Positions 29,259-40,107 of a stretch of DNA of 64,000 nucleotides are shown here, one piece after another; within the stretch, counting starts at the first letter, position 1, and every line of letters begins with the position of its first letter. The DNA lies in contig OZ252149.1 in assembly GCA_965248755.1 (NCBI GenBank), positions 2,848,001 through 2,912,000 of the forward strand. Reading direction: 5' to 3'. A program made the translations under genes and the position numbers. This DNA comes from Candidatus Latescibacterota bacterium (GTDB lineage: Bacteria; Latescibacterota; CBDEFO01). The notes beneath the pieces were generated by a model, which was not told where the DNA came from, made no database searches, and saw only the letters and a list, made by a program, of their open reading frames with translations.

Positions 29259-30177
29259 TATGAGAAAACTGCCCCTGATAGTCGGACCCACAGGAATAGG
29301 CAAGACCGAACTTTCCCACCAAATCGCAGATAGGCTCAAAGACGTTGAAATTGTCTGTGCCGATTCGCGACAGGTCTACAGGTACCTCAACGTAGGCACG
29401 GCAAAACCTACGCAAACCCAAATGTCTCAAGTGCCGCATCACTTCATAGATATAGTCGATCCCGACTGTACATACACTGCCGGGGTCTATGGGAAAGAGG
29501 CAAGAAGGGTCATAGACGACATCTTCAAAAGACGTAAACACCCCATAGTCGTGGGCGGCTCCGGTCTCTACATCCGCGCCCTCTTAGACGGGCTCTTCGA
29601 GGAGGAACTCACAGACCCCGAAGTAAAAAGACAGCTCCAGAAAGAAATAGAGTCGAAAGGTCCGCAAGACCTCCATTATGAACTATCCCGCGTCGATCCT
29701 GCCTCAGCTCAAAGGTTACATCCAAACGATAGACAGAGGATAGTCCGAGCTCTTTTGGTCTTCCGATCCAGCGGATATCCTCTTTCCTATCTCCACGAAA
29801 CTTCTCCCCCGCAAGAGTTGGGCGCAGAGCCCTTAATCTTCGGCATCACCACGGAAAGAGGAAAACTATACCGGAAGATAGAAGAAAGAGTGGATAAGAT
29901 GATACGAGATGGTCTTATAGATGAGGTGAGATCGATCCTTGAAATGGGTTATTCAAAGGACCTCAACTCGCTCCAGACAGTGGGATACAGAGAGGTATTC
30001 CCCCTTTTGGACGGACAGGCAACGCTCCAGGAGACTACGGACGCCATCAAGAGGAACTCCAGAAGATACGCCAAGAGACAGTTCACGTGGTTCAGAGGCG
30101 ATAGCAGAATAAGATGGGTGGAAAAGAGAGAGAAAGAGTCTATTATAGAGGAACTTGAGGCGTGCCTGGGGTCTTGA
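29259..30177 (+). CDS. miaA: tRNA dimethylallyltransferase
   Basis: GPTGIGKT, DSRQVY, GTAKP, GGSGLY, YAKRQFTWFR. Confidence 0.96.
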
Positions 30178-30389
30178 ATGTTTTTGATAAGTTGTTGAAA
30201 AATCTGTGCTTCTATTTTCTAATGTCAAGAATAGATCAGTTGATTACAACTTTGATTTAGAACCCTCTGCGCAAAGTCTTGACTACTGATCGTAAACACT
30301 GTATATTTATAGAATAACATTAATCTGAAAAAAGTGGGGATGCTGATGGGGGACGCTTTTGAAAATGGAACCTCTTGAGGAGAAATATC

Positions 30390-32291
30390 ATGAAATACCT
30401 ATGGGGGGTCAATTACCCGGAGGATTTGAAAAAGCTCTCTTTAGATGAGTTGGAGATATTGGCAGGAGAGATCAGAGAGTATGTCATCTCTGTGGTCACC
30501 GAGATTGGTGGCCATCTGGGCGGAAGCTTAGGTGCTGTGGAGTTGACTATAGCTCTGCACTACGCCTTCGAGGCGCCGGTGGACAAGTTAGTCTGGGATG
30601 TGGGTCATCAGGCGTACGTGCATAAGGTACTGACGGGAAGACGAGAGTCCCTAAAAAACATACGCCGCAAAGGGGGGATCAGCGGCTTTTTGAGGAGGAT
30701 TGAAAGCCAGTATGATGTGTTCGGCGCGGGACACGCGGGCACTTCGATCTCGGCTGCTCTGGGTTTTGCGGCAATGAGAGACCTTAAGGGGGAGGACTTT
30801 AAGGTTGTGGCGATAATAGGAGACGGCGGGCTGACCAGTGGAATGTCGTACGAGGCCCTGAATAACGCCGGAGCATCAGAAAGAGATATGATCGTTGTCC
30901 TGAACGACAACAGCATGTCTATCTCTCCGAACGTGGGGGCTATATCGAGCTATCTGACGAAGATAATAACTGACCCCCTCTACAACAAGATTAAGGCGGA
31001 TATATGGAAGCTGACGGGCAAGATCCCGTCTGTGGGCCAGGGAGTGAGGGCTTTGGTCAGTAGAATAGATGAGGGTTTGAAGAATCTGTTAGTCCCGGGG
31101 ATGTTGTTCGAGGAATTGGGGTTCAGGTATATAGGGCCAATTGATGGTCATAACTTGGAGGAAGTGATAACGACCCTGGGGAACATAAAGGAACTTAAAA
31201 GGCCAATTTTGCTGCACGTTGTGACTCAAAAGGGGAAGGGGATGAACGATGTGGAGGGTGACCCGCAGAGGTATCACAGCGTGAGTCCCGCCAGTCCCAA
31301 AAAGAAGGGGAAGAGCGTTCCTAAATACATGGACGTTTTCGGAGAGACGTTGGTGGATATCGCCCGAAAGGACGATAGAGTGACGGCTATCACTGCGGCT
31401 ATGTGCGATGGGACAGGTTTGACTTCGTTCTGCCAGAGGTTTCCCGACAGGTTTTTCGACGTAGGCATCGCAGAGCAGCACGCTGTGACCTTTGCTGCGG
31501 GATTAGCGGCTGAGGGAGGAAGACCTGTGGCGGCCATCTATTCGACTTTTCTTCAGAGGTCGTTCGATCAGATCATCCACGACGTGGCGCTTCAGTCGCT
31601 TCCGGTCGTATTTGCGCTGGATAGAGCCGGATTGGTCGGCGAGGACGGCCCGACGCACCACGGTGCCTTTGACCTCTCGTATATGAACCTCATCCCGAAT
31701 ATGATCGTCTCGGCTCCTAAGGATGGAGATGAACTTAAGGACCTCCTTCATACAGCTATCTGCCAGACCGAGAGGCCTTTCGCCTTGAGGTATCCCAGAG
31801 ACTCGGTGAAAGGGGAGTTTGAGGACAGAGATCCCAGGATTCTAAAGATAGGGAGCTGGGAGGAGCTTGAAGGGGGGGAGGATCTGGCGATCTTGGCTGT
31901 AGGGACGATGGTGCAGCCTGCTCTGGAGGTAAGTGAGGTCCTGGCCCTGGAGGGTTACAGCGTAGGAGTAATCAACTGCCGGTTTGTAAAACCTATGGAT
32001 CATGAGCTCCTAGATAGCCTCATAGATAGATATAATATCGTATTGACCCTCGAGGAAAATGTTCTTAAGGGGGGGTTCGGGTCGGAGGTGGCAAGGTATG
32101 TATCCGATCGTCATCCAGGTGCCTGCAGGTCATACCATTTAGGCTTGCCGGACGAGTTTATAGAACACGCTCCCAGGGCAGATCTGTTGGAGGAGGTTGG
32201 ACTTTCAGTGGCAGGAATAAGACAGGCGGCTTTGGGGCTCCTGACGAGTGATCAGGGTACCATAGCTGAAAGATTCGGGGATCTTGTCTAG
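30390..32291 (+). CDS. dxs: 1-deoxy-D-xylulose-5-phosphate synthase
   Basis: GGHLG, WDVGHQAYVHK, GDG...NDN, GIAEQHAVT, DRAGLVGEDGPTHHG. Confidence 0.97.
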   Translation: MKYLWGVNYPEDLKKLSLDELEILAGEIREYVISVVTEIGGHLGGSLGAVELTIALHYAFEAPVDKLVWDVGHQAYVHKVLTGRRESLKNIRRKGGISGFLRRIESQYDVFGAGHAGTSISAALGFAAMRDLKGEDFKVVAIIGDGGLTSGMSYEALNNAGASERDMIVVLNDNSMSISPNVGAISSYLTKIITDPLYNKIKADIWKLTGKIPSVGQGVRALVSRIDEGLKNLLVPGMLFEELGFRYIGPIDGHNLEEVITTLGNIKELKRPILLHVVTQKGKGMNDVEGDPQRYHSVSPASPKKKGKSVPKYMDVFGETLVDIARKDDRVTAITAAMCDGTGLTSFCQRFPDRFFDVGIAEQHAVTFAAGLAAEGGRPVAAIYSTFLQRSFDQIIHDVALQSLPVVFALDRAGLVGEDGPTHHGAFDLSYMNLIPNMIVSAPKDGDELKDLLHTAICQTERPFALRYPRDSVKGEFEDRDPRILKIGSWEELEGGEDLAILAVGTMVQPALEVSEVLALEGYSVGVINCRFVKPMDHELLDSLIDRYNIVLTLEENVLKGGFGSEVARYVSDRHPGACRSYHLGLPDEFIEHAPRADLLEEVGLSVAGIRQAALGLLTSDQGTIAERFGDLV

Positions 32292-32369
32292 CGTGCGCTC
32301 TTTGGATACACAGAATCACGTAGCGTTATTTTTGCTTTGAAGCTTTAACTCATTTTATATATAAGGAAG

Positions 32370-33473
32370 GTGAGTAAAATGGTCCTTTTCCAGGAGTCTC
32401 TTCCCGATAAGTACAATTTGATCTCGGAGCAGGAGGCTGAATTTCAGATATCAAACGCCAAGGAGATGTTGGGGGACTCCTCGGTGATCCTGGGGCATCA
32501 CTATCAAAGGGACGAAGTGATAAAGTTCGCCGACTTTACGGGCGATTCATTCAAGTTGTGTCAGCTTGCAGCCAGCAGAAAGAAGGCCCAGTTCATAGTG
32601 TTCTGCGGGGTGCACTTTATGGCTGAAAGCGCAGATATCTTAAGCAAGGATTACCAGAAGGTGATACTGCCCGATCTGAACGCAGGATGTTCTATGGCGG
32701 ACATGGCGAACATAGATCAGGTGGAAGAGTGCTGGGACGAGCTTATGGACATATTCGACGATGGATCTGTGATCCCGATCACATATATGAACTCCGCGGC
32801 GAACCTGAAGGCGTTCTGCGGGGTAAATGGAGGAGCTGTATGCACTTCTACAAACGCAAAGTCCATCTTTGAGTGGGCGTTCCAACAGGGCGAGCAGGTG
32901 CTCTTCTTCCCGGACGAGCATCTGGGCAGGAATACGGGCTGTAAGATGGAAATAGGCCTGGACGAAATGATCGTATGGAACCCCTTTGAGGTCATGGGCG
33001 GAAACACAATCAAGGACATCGAAAAAAGCAGGGTTATCCTCTGGAAGGGCCACTGCTCTGTGCATCTAAGGTTTAATCTAAAGCAGGTAGAGGGCGTAAG
33101 GAAGGCGTTCCCCGGGATAAGGGTCATAGCTCACCCCGAATGCAGTAAGGAGGTCGTGGACGCCTCAGATGAGGACGGCTCCACCGAATACATAATAAGG
33201 AAAGTAAGCCAGGGCGAGCCGGGCTCCAAGTGGGCAGTAGGGACGGAGATTCACCTTGTGCACAGGCTGGCTAAGCAGAACAAGGACAAATTTGTGATCT
33301 CTCTAAACGAGAACGTATGCGCCTGTGCCACTATGTACAGGATAGACCCTCCTCATCTCCTATGGGTATTGGATAGCCTGAGGGAGGGGAGAATGGTCAA
33401 TCACATAACTGTGCCCGAAGATATAGCAGAAGGGGCAAAAATAGCTTTGGACAGGATGTTAGCGATAGCCTGA
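32370..33473 (+). CDS. nadA: Quinolinate synthase
   Basis: LGHHYQ, FCGVHFMAE, GCSMAD, GHCSVH, HPEC, CATM. Confidence 0.95.
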   Translation: MSKMVLFQESLPDKYNLISEQEAEFQISNAKEMLGDSSVILGHHYQRDEVIKFADFTGDSFKLCQLAASRKKAQFIVFCGVHFMAESADILSKDYQKVILPDLNAGCSMADMANIDQVEECWDELMDIFDDGSVIPITYMNSAANLKAFCGVNGGAVCTSTNAKSIFEWAFQQGEQVLFFPDEHLGRNTGCKMEIGLDEMIVWNPFEVMGGNTIKDIEKSRVILWKGHCSVHLRFNLKQVEGVRKAFPGIRVIAHPECSKEVVDASDEDGSTEYIIRKVSQGEPGSKWAVGTEIHLVHRLAKQNKDKFVISLNENVCACATMYRIDPPHLLWVLDSLREGRMVNHITVPEDIAEGAKIALDRMLAIA

Positions 33474-33582
33474 ATGAGCCAGTAGACAGTAGAGACGGGT
33501 ACCTCTCCCCGACCTTGAGTCCCCGATTGAATCTTTCGGGGGTAGACAGCAAACAGTAGACAGTAGACAGGGAATTGAACAG

Positions 33583-33906
33583 GTGCAATTTGCTCTGGAT
33601 AGGTTTGACGAAAGTGATCAGTTTCTTATCACAAAGAAGGGGGAAAAGCAAGATAAGAAAGTGGATTTGAAGAACGCTGTTTTGATGATAGAGCTGGATA
33701 GGGGTATAGACTCTATCGGATTAGATATGCTGCTTTGCGTCGGAGATTTGGAAAGGGGCAACGTAAATCCATTCCTCGTCTTGAAGGAGGTACTGGATTT
33801 TGACGAAGAGAGGGTCGCCTCCACCAAGGTAGAAAGAAGGGGCATGTTCGACGGGAGTGGAGGTCTAATCGAAGGGGTAAGCGTGAGAGAAGAGGTTTTG
33901 GTGTAG
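33583..33906 (+). pseudogene. Probable C-terminal remnant of a radical SAM-linked protein (DUF2344/TIGR03936-like)
   Basis: KKGEKQDKKVDLK...GNVNP...KVERRGM pattern; 5' end abuts a repeat cluster. Confidence 0.35.
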
Positions 33907-33954
33907 CTTTGATTCTACATTTATATATCCAGCAGAAATGGAGATGACAGACTG

Positions 33955-35163
33955 ATGTCCCAAAAGACATATTTCCAAAAGGGCTTCGGCCTGAAGCCCG
34001 AGATCGAGGGACAGCTTTTCGACGATTACGACAGCCAGGTGGTAGAGCGTTTAAAGGACACGGACTATCGGCTTCAGATACAGGACGTTACTATCAGGTT
34101 GGCGCAGGAGTTCGGCTTTTGTTACGGCGTTGACAGGGCTGTTGACTATGCTTACGAGACGAGGAAGCAGTTCCCGGACAGGAAGATATATATAACCGGC
34201 GAGATTATTCACAACTCCCACGTAAATGGCAAGCTGATAAGTATGGGAGTAGAGTTCTTGGACGGGATCGGCACATTAGAGGAGAAGTTCGAGCCTGTTG
34301 AGTCCGAAGATGTGGTGATCATCCCCGCTTTCGGAGTACCTGTGAGCGAGCTTGAGATCTTGAAAGATAGGGGCTGTATTATGGTCGATACGACGTGCGG
34401 CTCGGTGCTGAACGTATGGAAGAATGTGGGAAGATACGCAAAGGAAGGCTTCACGTCTATCATACACGGAAAGTATCAACACGAAGAGACAATGGCCACA
34501 AGTTCAAGGGCGTCTCATTATCCCGGAGGAAAGTACTTAGTCGTCAGCGACATGGATCAGACGAACATAACTTGCGATTATATCCTTCAGAAAGTGGATA
34601 AGGCGGATTTCTTATCCCGGTTCAAAGGGGCCTTCTCTCACGGCTTTGATCCTGACAGAGATCTGTGCAAGATAGGTCTTGCCAATCAGACGACCATGCT
34701 CTCCGCGGAGTCTCTTAAGATCGCTGACACGCTGAAAGAGGCGATGATCCAAAGGTACGGTAAGGAGGAGTTAGAATCACGATTCAGGACCTTCGATACG
34801 ATCTGCAGCGCCACGCAGGACCGCCAGGATGCTGTCTACAGTCTCGTAAGAGAGGGTTTAGATCTTATGATCGTAATAGGGGGATACAACAGCAGCAATA
34901 CGAATCACTTAGCCGAGATCGCCTCCCAATATACATCTGCGTATCATATAGACGATGCAAATTGTATCATAGATAGATGCAGGATAAGGCATAAGCCGAC
35001 GGGAGAAGATAGTGAGAAAGTCTCCTCAGACTGGATGCCAGATGGAAAGATAACTATAGGCTTTACGGCCGGGGCGTCCACGCCGAACAATAAGATCGGC
35101 GAAGCGATCCAAAAGGTGTTAGAATGTAGGGGCTATCAGCTTGAAGATATCATGAAGCTGTAG
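33955..35163 (+). CDS. ispH: 4-hydroxy-3-methylbut-2-enyl diphosphate reductase (long form)
   Basis: FGFCYGVDRA, IIHN, DTTC, DTICSATQDRQ, GGYNSSN, TAGASTP. Confidence 0.95.
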   Translation: MSQKTYFQKGFGLKPEIEGQLFDDYDSQVVERLKDTDYRLQIQDVTIRLAQEFGFCYGVDRAVDYAYETRKQFPDRKIYITGEIIHNSHVNGKLISMGVEFLDGIGTLEEKFEPVESEDVVIIPAFGVPVSELEILKDRGCIMVDTTCGSVLNVWKNVGRYAKEGFTSIIHGKYQHEETMATSSRASHYPGGKYLVVSDMDQTNITCDYILQKVDKADFLSRFKGAFSHGFDPDRDLCKIGLANQTTMLSAESLKIADTLKEAMIQRYGKEELESRFRTFDTICSATQDRQDAVYSLVREGLDLMIVIGGYNSSNTNHLAEIASQYTSAYHIDDANCIIDRCRIRHKPTGEDSEKVSSDWMPDGKITIGFTAGASTPNNKIGEAIQKVLECRGYQLEDIMKL

Positions 35164-35175
35164 TTAGAGGGCTTA

Positions 35176-36495
35176 ATGGCAAAAAGAGCGGCTTTCTATA
35201 CGATCGGCTGTAAACTGAATATTTATGAGACCGAGTCTTTAAAGAGCATCTTTGACAAGAACGGTTATCAGATAGTTGACCCTGACGAGGGTGCGGATGT
35301 CTATGTGATCAATACATGTACGGTCACAAGTTACGGGGATTCGGATTGCAGGAAGTTGATCAGGAGGGCTGTCAGAAATAAAAAGGACGGGAAGGTCGTG
35401 GTGACGGGGTGTTATGCTCAGAGGAACCCTCTCGAAATCGCAGAGATCCCGGGCGTGGATTTAGTCCTGGGAAACAGGGAGAAGGGGAAACTCTTTGAGT
35501 TTGTGAATAGTGTAGAAAGCGGAAATGGATCGAATATCTTTGTAAGTGATGACCCCGGATCAACTGAGTTCATAGACTTCCATACGTCCTACAAAAGCGA
35601 TCTGACGAGGGCAACGCTCAAGATTCAGGACGGATGCGACGAGCACTGCACCTATTGCATTATTCCGAGTGTTAGGGGGGGGAGCATAAGCCGTCCACTG
35701 AGCGATATTGTGGATCAGGTCAAAAGACTTGTGAATTCGGGATACAAAGAAGTGGCTTTAACAGGCGTCAATACGGGAAGTTACGGCCTCGATTTAGAAG
35801 AGGATGTCGTCCTCTTAGATGTATTGAAAAAGCTGGACAGGATAGACGGGCTTCTGAGGATAAGGATGAACTCCCTGGAGCCGGGATGCGTCTCTGATGA
35901 TCTTATAGATTTTGCCGCAGATTCAGAGAAGATATGTCGGCACTTTCACGTCCCACTGCAGAGTGGAGATGATATAGTCTTGAGGAGAATGGGGAGGAGC
36001 TACAGGACGGGATATTACGCCGAAACAGTAGGCAAAATAGCGGATAAGATAGAGGGCTGTGCAATAGGCGCTGACGTGATGGTCGGTTTTCCGGGGGAAG
36101 ATGAGGATGGGTTTTTAAACTCCTACAGGTTTATAGAAGAAATTCCACTTACGTATCTGCACGTGTTTTCCTACTCTCAGAGGGAAGGTACCCCCGCAGT
36201 TCGCATGAAGGGACACGTTTCCCCAGAGATAAAGGCAGAAAGAAGCAAAAGTATGAGGCAGTTGAGCAGAAAGAAGAGAATTGACTTTCAAAACAGCTTC
36301 CTGGGCAAAGGATTGGAAGTGCTGGTCGAGGACAACAGGGACAGTAAAACAGGACATCTGACGGGCTTGAGCGACAACTATATCAGAGTCAGGCTGGATG
36401 TGGATAAGGATAGGGTAAACAAAATTGTGGCAGCGGATATGATGTGGACAGAAGGTGAAGCAGTATTTGGGGAGGTAAAAGAGTCAGGCGTATGA
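35176..36495 (+). CDS. mtaB: tRNA t6A37 methylthiotransferase
   Basis: GCKLNIYETE, NTCTVT, VTGCYAQ, KIQDGCDEHCTYC, LHVFSYS. Confidence 0.92.
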   Translation: MAKRAAFYTIGCKLNIYETESLKSIFDKNGYQIVDPDEGADVYVINTCTVTSYGDSDCRKLIRRAVRNKKDGKVVVTGCYAQRNPLEIAEIPGVDLVLGNREKGKLFEFVNSVESGNGSNIFVSDDPGSTEFIDFHTSYKSDLTRATLKIQDGCDEHCTYCIIPSVRGGSISRPLSDIVDQVKRLVNSGYKEVALTGVNTGSYGLDLEEDVVLLDVLKKLDRIDGLLRIRMNSLEPGCVSDDLIDFAADSEKICRHFHVPLQSGDDIVLRRMGRSYRTGYYAETVGKIADKIEGCAIGADVMVGFPGEDEDGFLNSYRFIEEIPLTYLHVFSYSQREGTPAVRMKGHVSPEIKAERSKSMRQLSRKKRIDFQNSFLGKGLEVLVEDNRDSKTGHLTGLSDNYIRVRLDVDKDRVNKIVAADMMWTEGEAVFGEVKESGV

Positions 36496-37895
36496 TAGAC
36501 GTAAGAGACCAAATGCCCGATGTTTTAATAAACGAAGTGGGATCCGGAAAGACTGAGCCGGAAGGGCCCCTTGTGCAGGAAAATACACTTGCAGCCGACG
36601 CTCGGCCAAAGGCTGTATATATAGAGACCTACGGGTGCCAGATGAACGTCTCGGACTCTGAACTTATAGCGGGCGTATTTCTTAATGCGGGCTACAGAAT
36701 CGCGCCGAATATGGATGAGGCGGATGTGATCCTTGTGAACACGTGCGCTGTGAGGGAAAGGGCCGAGGAGAGAGTGTTCGGAAGACTCTCTGAGTTAAAC
36801 AGGTACAAATTGAGGAATCCGGATTTAGTATTGGGGGTTTGCGGGTGCATGGCCAAGCATCTGGGGGAGAAGATTTCCCAGAGGGCTCCTTACGTGGATA
36901 TAGTGGCTAGCCCTGATTCTTACAGGAGGTTGCCCGATACCGTAGGTCGGATTTCAGGGGAGCCCCTTTTGGATCTGAAGCTGGATAGGGATGAGTTGTA
37001 CATAGGCCTGGACCCCATAAGGAGCGAGGGCGTGACTGCATGGGTGACTATAATGAGGGGATGTGACAAGTTCTGTTCCTTCTGCATAGTGCCTTATGTG
37101 AGAGGCAGGGAACGGGGCGTGCCTCCCCAGGAGGTTGTGCGTCAGGTGGAGGTACTGGCCTCTGAGGGATGCAAGGAGGTGACACTCCTGGGGCAGACTG
37201 TAAGTTCATACAGATACGACGGTGTGCATTTTGCCGATCTTCTGGACACGGTCAGCAGAGTCGGTGGGATCGAAAGGATGAGGTTTACGGCGCCGCACCC
37301 GAGCGATTTTTCGGATAAGTTGATAGACACTGTAGGAAGAAACGATAAGGTCTGCAATCATGTTCATCTGCCACTACAGTCGGGATCGGACAGAGTCTTG
37401 AAGGCTATGAAGCGGGACTATACTTCGCACCAATATATGAATTTAGTGGAAAAAATAAGAGACAGGATTCCAGGCGTGGCTTTGACTACAGACGTGATTG
37501 TGGGATTCTGCGGCGAGACTGACGATGATTTTGAGCTTACTTACGATCTTATGAAGAACGTCAGGTTCGACTCGGCCTTTATGTTTAAATACTCCCCAAG
37601 GGAAGGCACGTCTGCGTACAGGCAACTTGAGGACGACGTGTCAGAAGAGGTGAAATCCCAGAGGATTCGGGAGATTATAGATCTTCAGGAGTCCGTGTCT
37701 TTAGAGATAAATAGGGGCTTTGTAGGCAGTACCGTAAGGGTAATGGTAGAGGGGACTTCAAAGAGGGACGAACATAAGCTGTTCGGCAAGACAGGCGGGT
37801 TCAAGACTGTGGTCTTCCCCAACGAGGGCGACTCTCCGGGGGATATGGTAGATGTCAAGATCGGGGACGCCACGTCGCATACTTTGGTTGGATAA
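36492..37895 (+). CDS. miaB: tRNA i6A37 methylthiotransferase
   Basis: ETYGCQMNVSDSE, NTCAVRE, GCMA, GCDKFCSFCIVPYVRGRE, TRAM domain. Confidence 0.95.
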   Translation: MIDVRDQMPDVLINEVGSGKTEPEGPLVQENTLAADARPKAVYIETYGCQMNVSDSELIAGVFLNAGYRIAPNMDEADVILVNTCAVRERAEERVFGRLSELNRYKLRNPDLVLGVCGCMAKHLGEKISQRAPYVDIVASPDSYRRLPDTVGRISGEPLLDLKLDRDELYIGLDPIRSEGVTAWVTIMRGCDKFCSFCIVPYVRGRERGVPPQEVVRQVEVLASEGCKEVTLLGQTVSSYRYDGVHFADLLDTVSRVGGIERMRFTAPHPSDFSDKLIDTVGRNDKVCNHVHLPLQSGSDRVLKAMKRDYTSHQYMNLVEKIRDRIPGVALTTDVIVGFCGETDDDFELTYDLMKNVRFDSAFMFKYSPREGTSAYRQLEDDVSEEVKSQRIREIIDLQESVSLEINRGFVGSTVRVMVEGTSKRDEHKLFGKTGGFKTVVFPNEGDSPGDMVDVKIGDATSHTLVG

Positions 37896-38022
37896 AATTA
37901 GATAGATAAATATAGGGGCGAGAATATGAGCCCCCAAGGGCAGGAAAGCGCTACCCCTACGTTTTTGGGGAAAAAGGTTGCCTCTTACCTCGGAAGACGA
38001 TTGAGATTCTGAAAGGACCATT

Positions 38023-38916
38023 GTGAGAGAAGAAAGACTCCCGAAATGGCTGAAGGTAAAGGGACCGGGCAGTCCGGGATATATAGAGCTCAAGTCTTTG
38101 GTCAAGAAGCTGAACCTAAACACTGTGTGTGAGAGCGCACTCTGCCCAAATATTGGGGAGTGCTGGGGCAACGGGACGGCCACATTCATGATCCTGGGGG
38201 ATATATGCACCCGAAGCTGCGGATTCTGTGCAATAGCTACAGGGAGGCCGCAAAAGCTCGATTTAGAGGAGCCTGAAAGGGTGGCAAAAGCCGTGGAAGC
38301 CCTGGGATTGAGGCATGCTGTGATCACGTCGGTAAATAGAGATGAATTGGAAGACGGAGGGGCTTATATCTTTGCGGAGACGATAAGGAGAATAAGGTTT
38401 TACTGCTCTCAGACCAGCGTTGAGGTGTTAATTCCGGATTTTGAGGGAGACGAGCCAGCGCTCTGCACAGTGATGGAGGCAAAGCCGGATATTTTGAACC
38501 ACAATATCGAGACCGTTCCCAGACTCTATTACAGAGTAAGGCCGCAGGCTAAGTACCTTAGATCTATAGAGCTAATAAGAAAGGCTAAAGAGTTTGGAGG
38601 TGCAATCACCAAGTCGGGGATGATGTTAGGAGTCGGAGAGGAGAAAGATGAAGTTTACGGGTGTATGAGGGATCTTGTGGACGCTGAATGCGATATTCTG
38701 ACTCTGGGGCAGTATTTGAGGCCCTCCCCAAGGCATATCCCGATAGTAAGGTTCTATCATCCTGATGAGTTTGAAGAGTTCAAATGTGTCGGTCACCAGA
38801 TGGGATTCAGGCATGTGGAGTCGGGTCCGCTGGTGAGGAGTTCCTATCACGCTGCAGATCAGGTGGTGCCACCTCTGCAGATGGATCGTCCGCTACAGAA
38901 TGAAACGTCAGTGTAA
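38023..38916 (+). CDS. lipA: Lipoyl synthase
   Basis: [32 protein letters not shown]. Confidence 0.97.
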   Translation: MREERLPKWLKVKGPGSPGYIELKSLVKKLNLNTVCESALCPNIGECWGNGTATFMILGDICTRSCGFCAIATGRPQKLDLEEPERVAKAVEALGLRHAVITSVNRDELEDGGAYIFAETIRRIRFYCSQTSVEVLIPDFEGDEPALCTVMEAKPDILNHNIETVPRLYYRVRPQAKYLRSIELIRKAKEFGGAITKSGMMLGVGEEKDEVYGCMRDLVDAECDILTLGQYLRPSPRHIPIVRFYHPDEFEEFKCVGHQMGFRHVESGPLVRSSYHAADQVVPPLQMDRPLQNETSV

Positions 38917-38996
38917 AAGTAGCATTAGTGGACGCCCCTGTTGTCCGAGGAGCGCTGAGGGCAAGCGGCTTGTTGTGACGAAACGAGGGAGATAGC

Positions 38997-40073
38997 GTGA
39001 GCAAACCCTGTCGTGGCTGGGATCACGGTAGTCTGGCTAGACCAGCCTCAGAGTATGACATCCGTTACGGCTTCCAGCTTCTGAAAGATGAAAGCTCTAA
39101 GTGGCCTAGCTACATAGTGGTAACAACTCCGAGTGCCTACAAAGCAGCGCAGCCGGACCTCTCTCAACAACCCGCGGGCGTGGCATATGCCGCCTGGCTG
39201 GATTCTGAATATCTTAAGGAATTAAGTGATGGCCTTCCCAACGGCGCGGAGCTTGTGATCGGGCTCGGGGGAGGGCGGGCGCTGGATGCTGCAAAGTACG
39301 TAGCTCTTGAGAAGAATCTGCAGCTCATTCTGGTCCCCACGCTGGTATCGACAGGGGCTATTATCCACGGGGTTTTCGCCAGATGGGACGGTCGGAACAT
39401 AATCGGGTGGCTCGATGATTGGCCATGGATCGACTGCGAATACGTGCTCGTAGATTACGATCTGGTGCAGAGAGCGCCCCACTATCTGAATACAGCCGGG
39501 CTTGGCGACGTGCTCTGTGGCTACGCCGGGGTTGCAGAATGGAGACGGAGCTCCAAACTCGGAATTGATCCTCCTTGCGACGACGAGGCCGTAGCCGCGG
39601 TTATCGAGTACCACGAAGAAATCGTCGGCGGTTTCCTAAAGACGCTCGACGATCAGGGTAGCTTGACTGCGGACAGCGTCCACTGCATTATGACTACGTT
39701 GCAGGAGCGCGATTCAAAGGCGCTCCGCAATCTGGCCGCTCCGAGTGGAGACCACGTGTTTCTAATTGCCCTAGAGCTTGTGAACGACAAATGTTGGATC
39801 CACGGAGAGGTCGTCGCCCTCGGGGCTATAATCATCGCGTGGCAGTGCGACGAGTATCCCGAAACTCTGATCTCCAGGCTGGACAGGTGCAGGGTGCGAC
39901 ACCGACCGACTCAGATGGGAATCGGCCGCGAGGAACTCAGCAAAGGGCTTGAATTCGTTCCGAGCTTTATGGCAGAAATGGAGGACAACCCAAACGCCAA
40001 CTCGATCATGTGCCATGAGCCCGTCACAGGGGCGAAGTTCGATGCCCTCTGGGAGTTCTTGGAGACAAAATAG
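38997..40073 (+). CDS. Glycerol-1-phosphate/glycerol dehydrogenase-like protein (DHQS-like fold)
   Basis: GLGGGRALDAAKY, VPT, AGLGD, SGDH, HGEVVALG. Confidence 0.7.
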   Translation: MSKPCRGWDHGSLARPASEYDIRYGFQLLKDESSKWPSYIVVTTPSAYKAAQPDLSQQPAGVAYAAWLDSEYLKELSDGLPNGAELVIGLGGGRALDAAKYVALEKNLQLILVPTLVSTGAIIHGVFARWDGRNIIGWLDDWPWIDCEYVLVDYDLVQRAPHYLNTAGLGDVLCGYAGVAEWRRSSKLGIDPPCDDEAVAAVIEYHEEIVGGFLKTLDDQGSLTADSVHCIMTTLQERDSKALRNLAAPSGDHVFLIALELVNDKCWIHGEVVALGAIIIAWQCDEYPETLISRLDRCRVRHRPTQMGIGREELSKGLEFVPSFMAEMEDNPNANSIMCHEPVTGAKFDALWEFLETK

Positions 40074-40107
40074 GATACATGGAAGATAGATCTCAGGAAG
40101 AGGAGAT

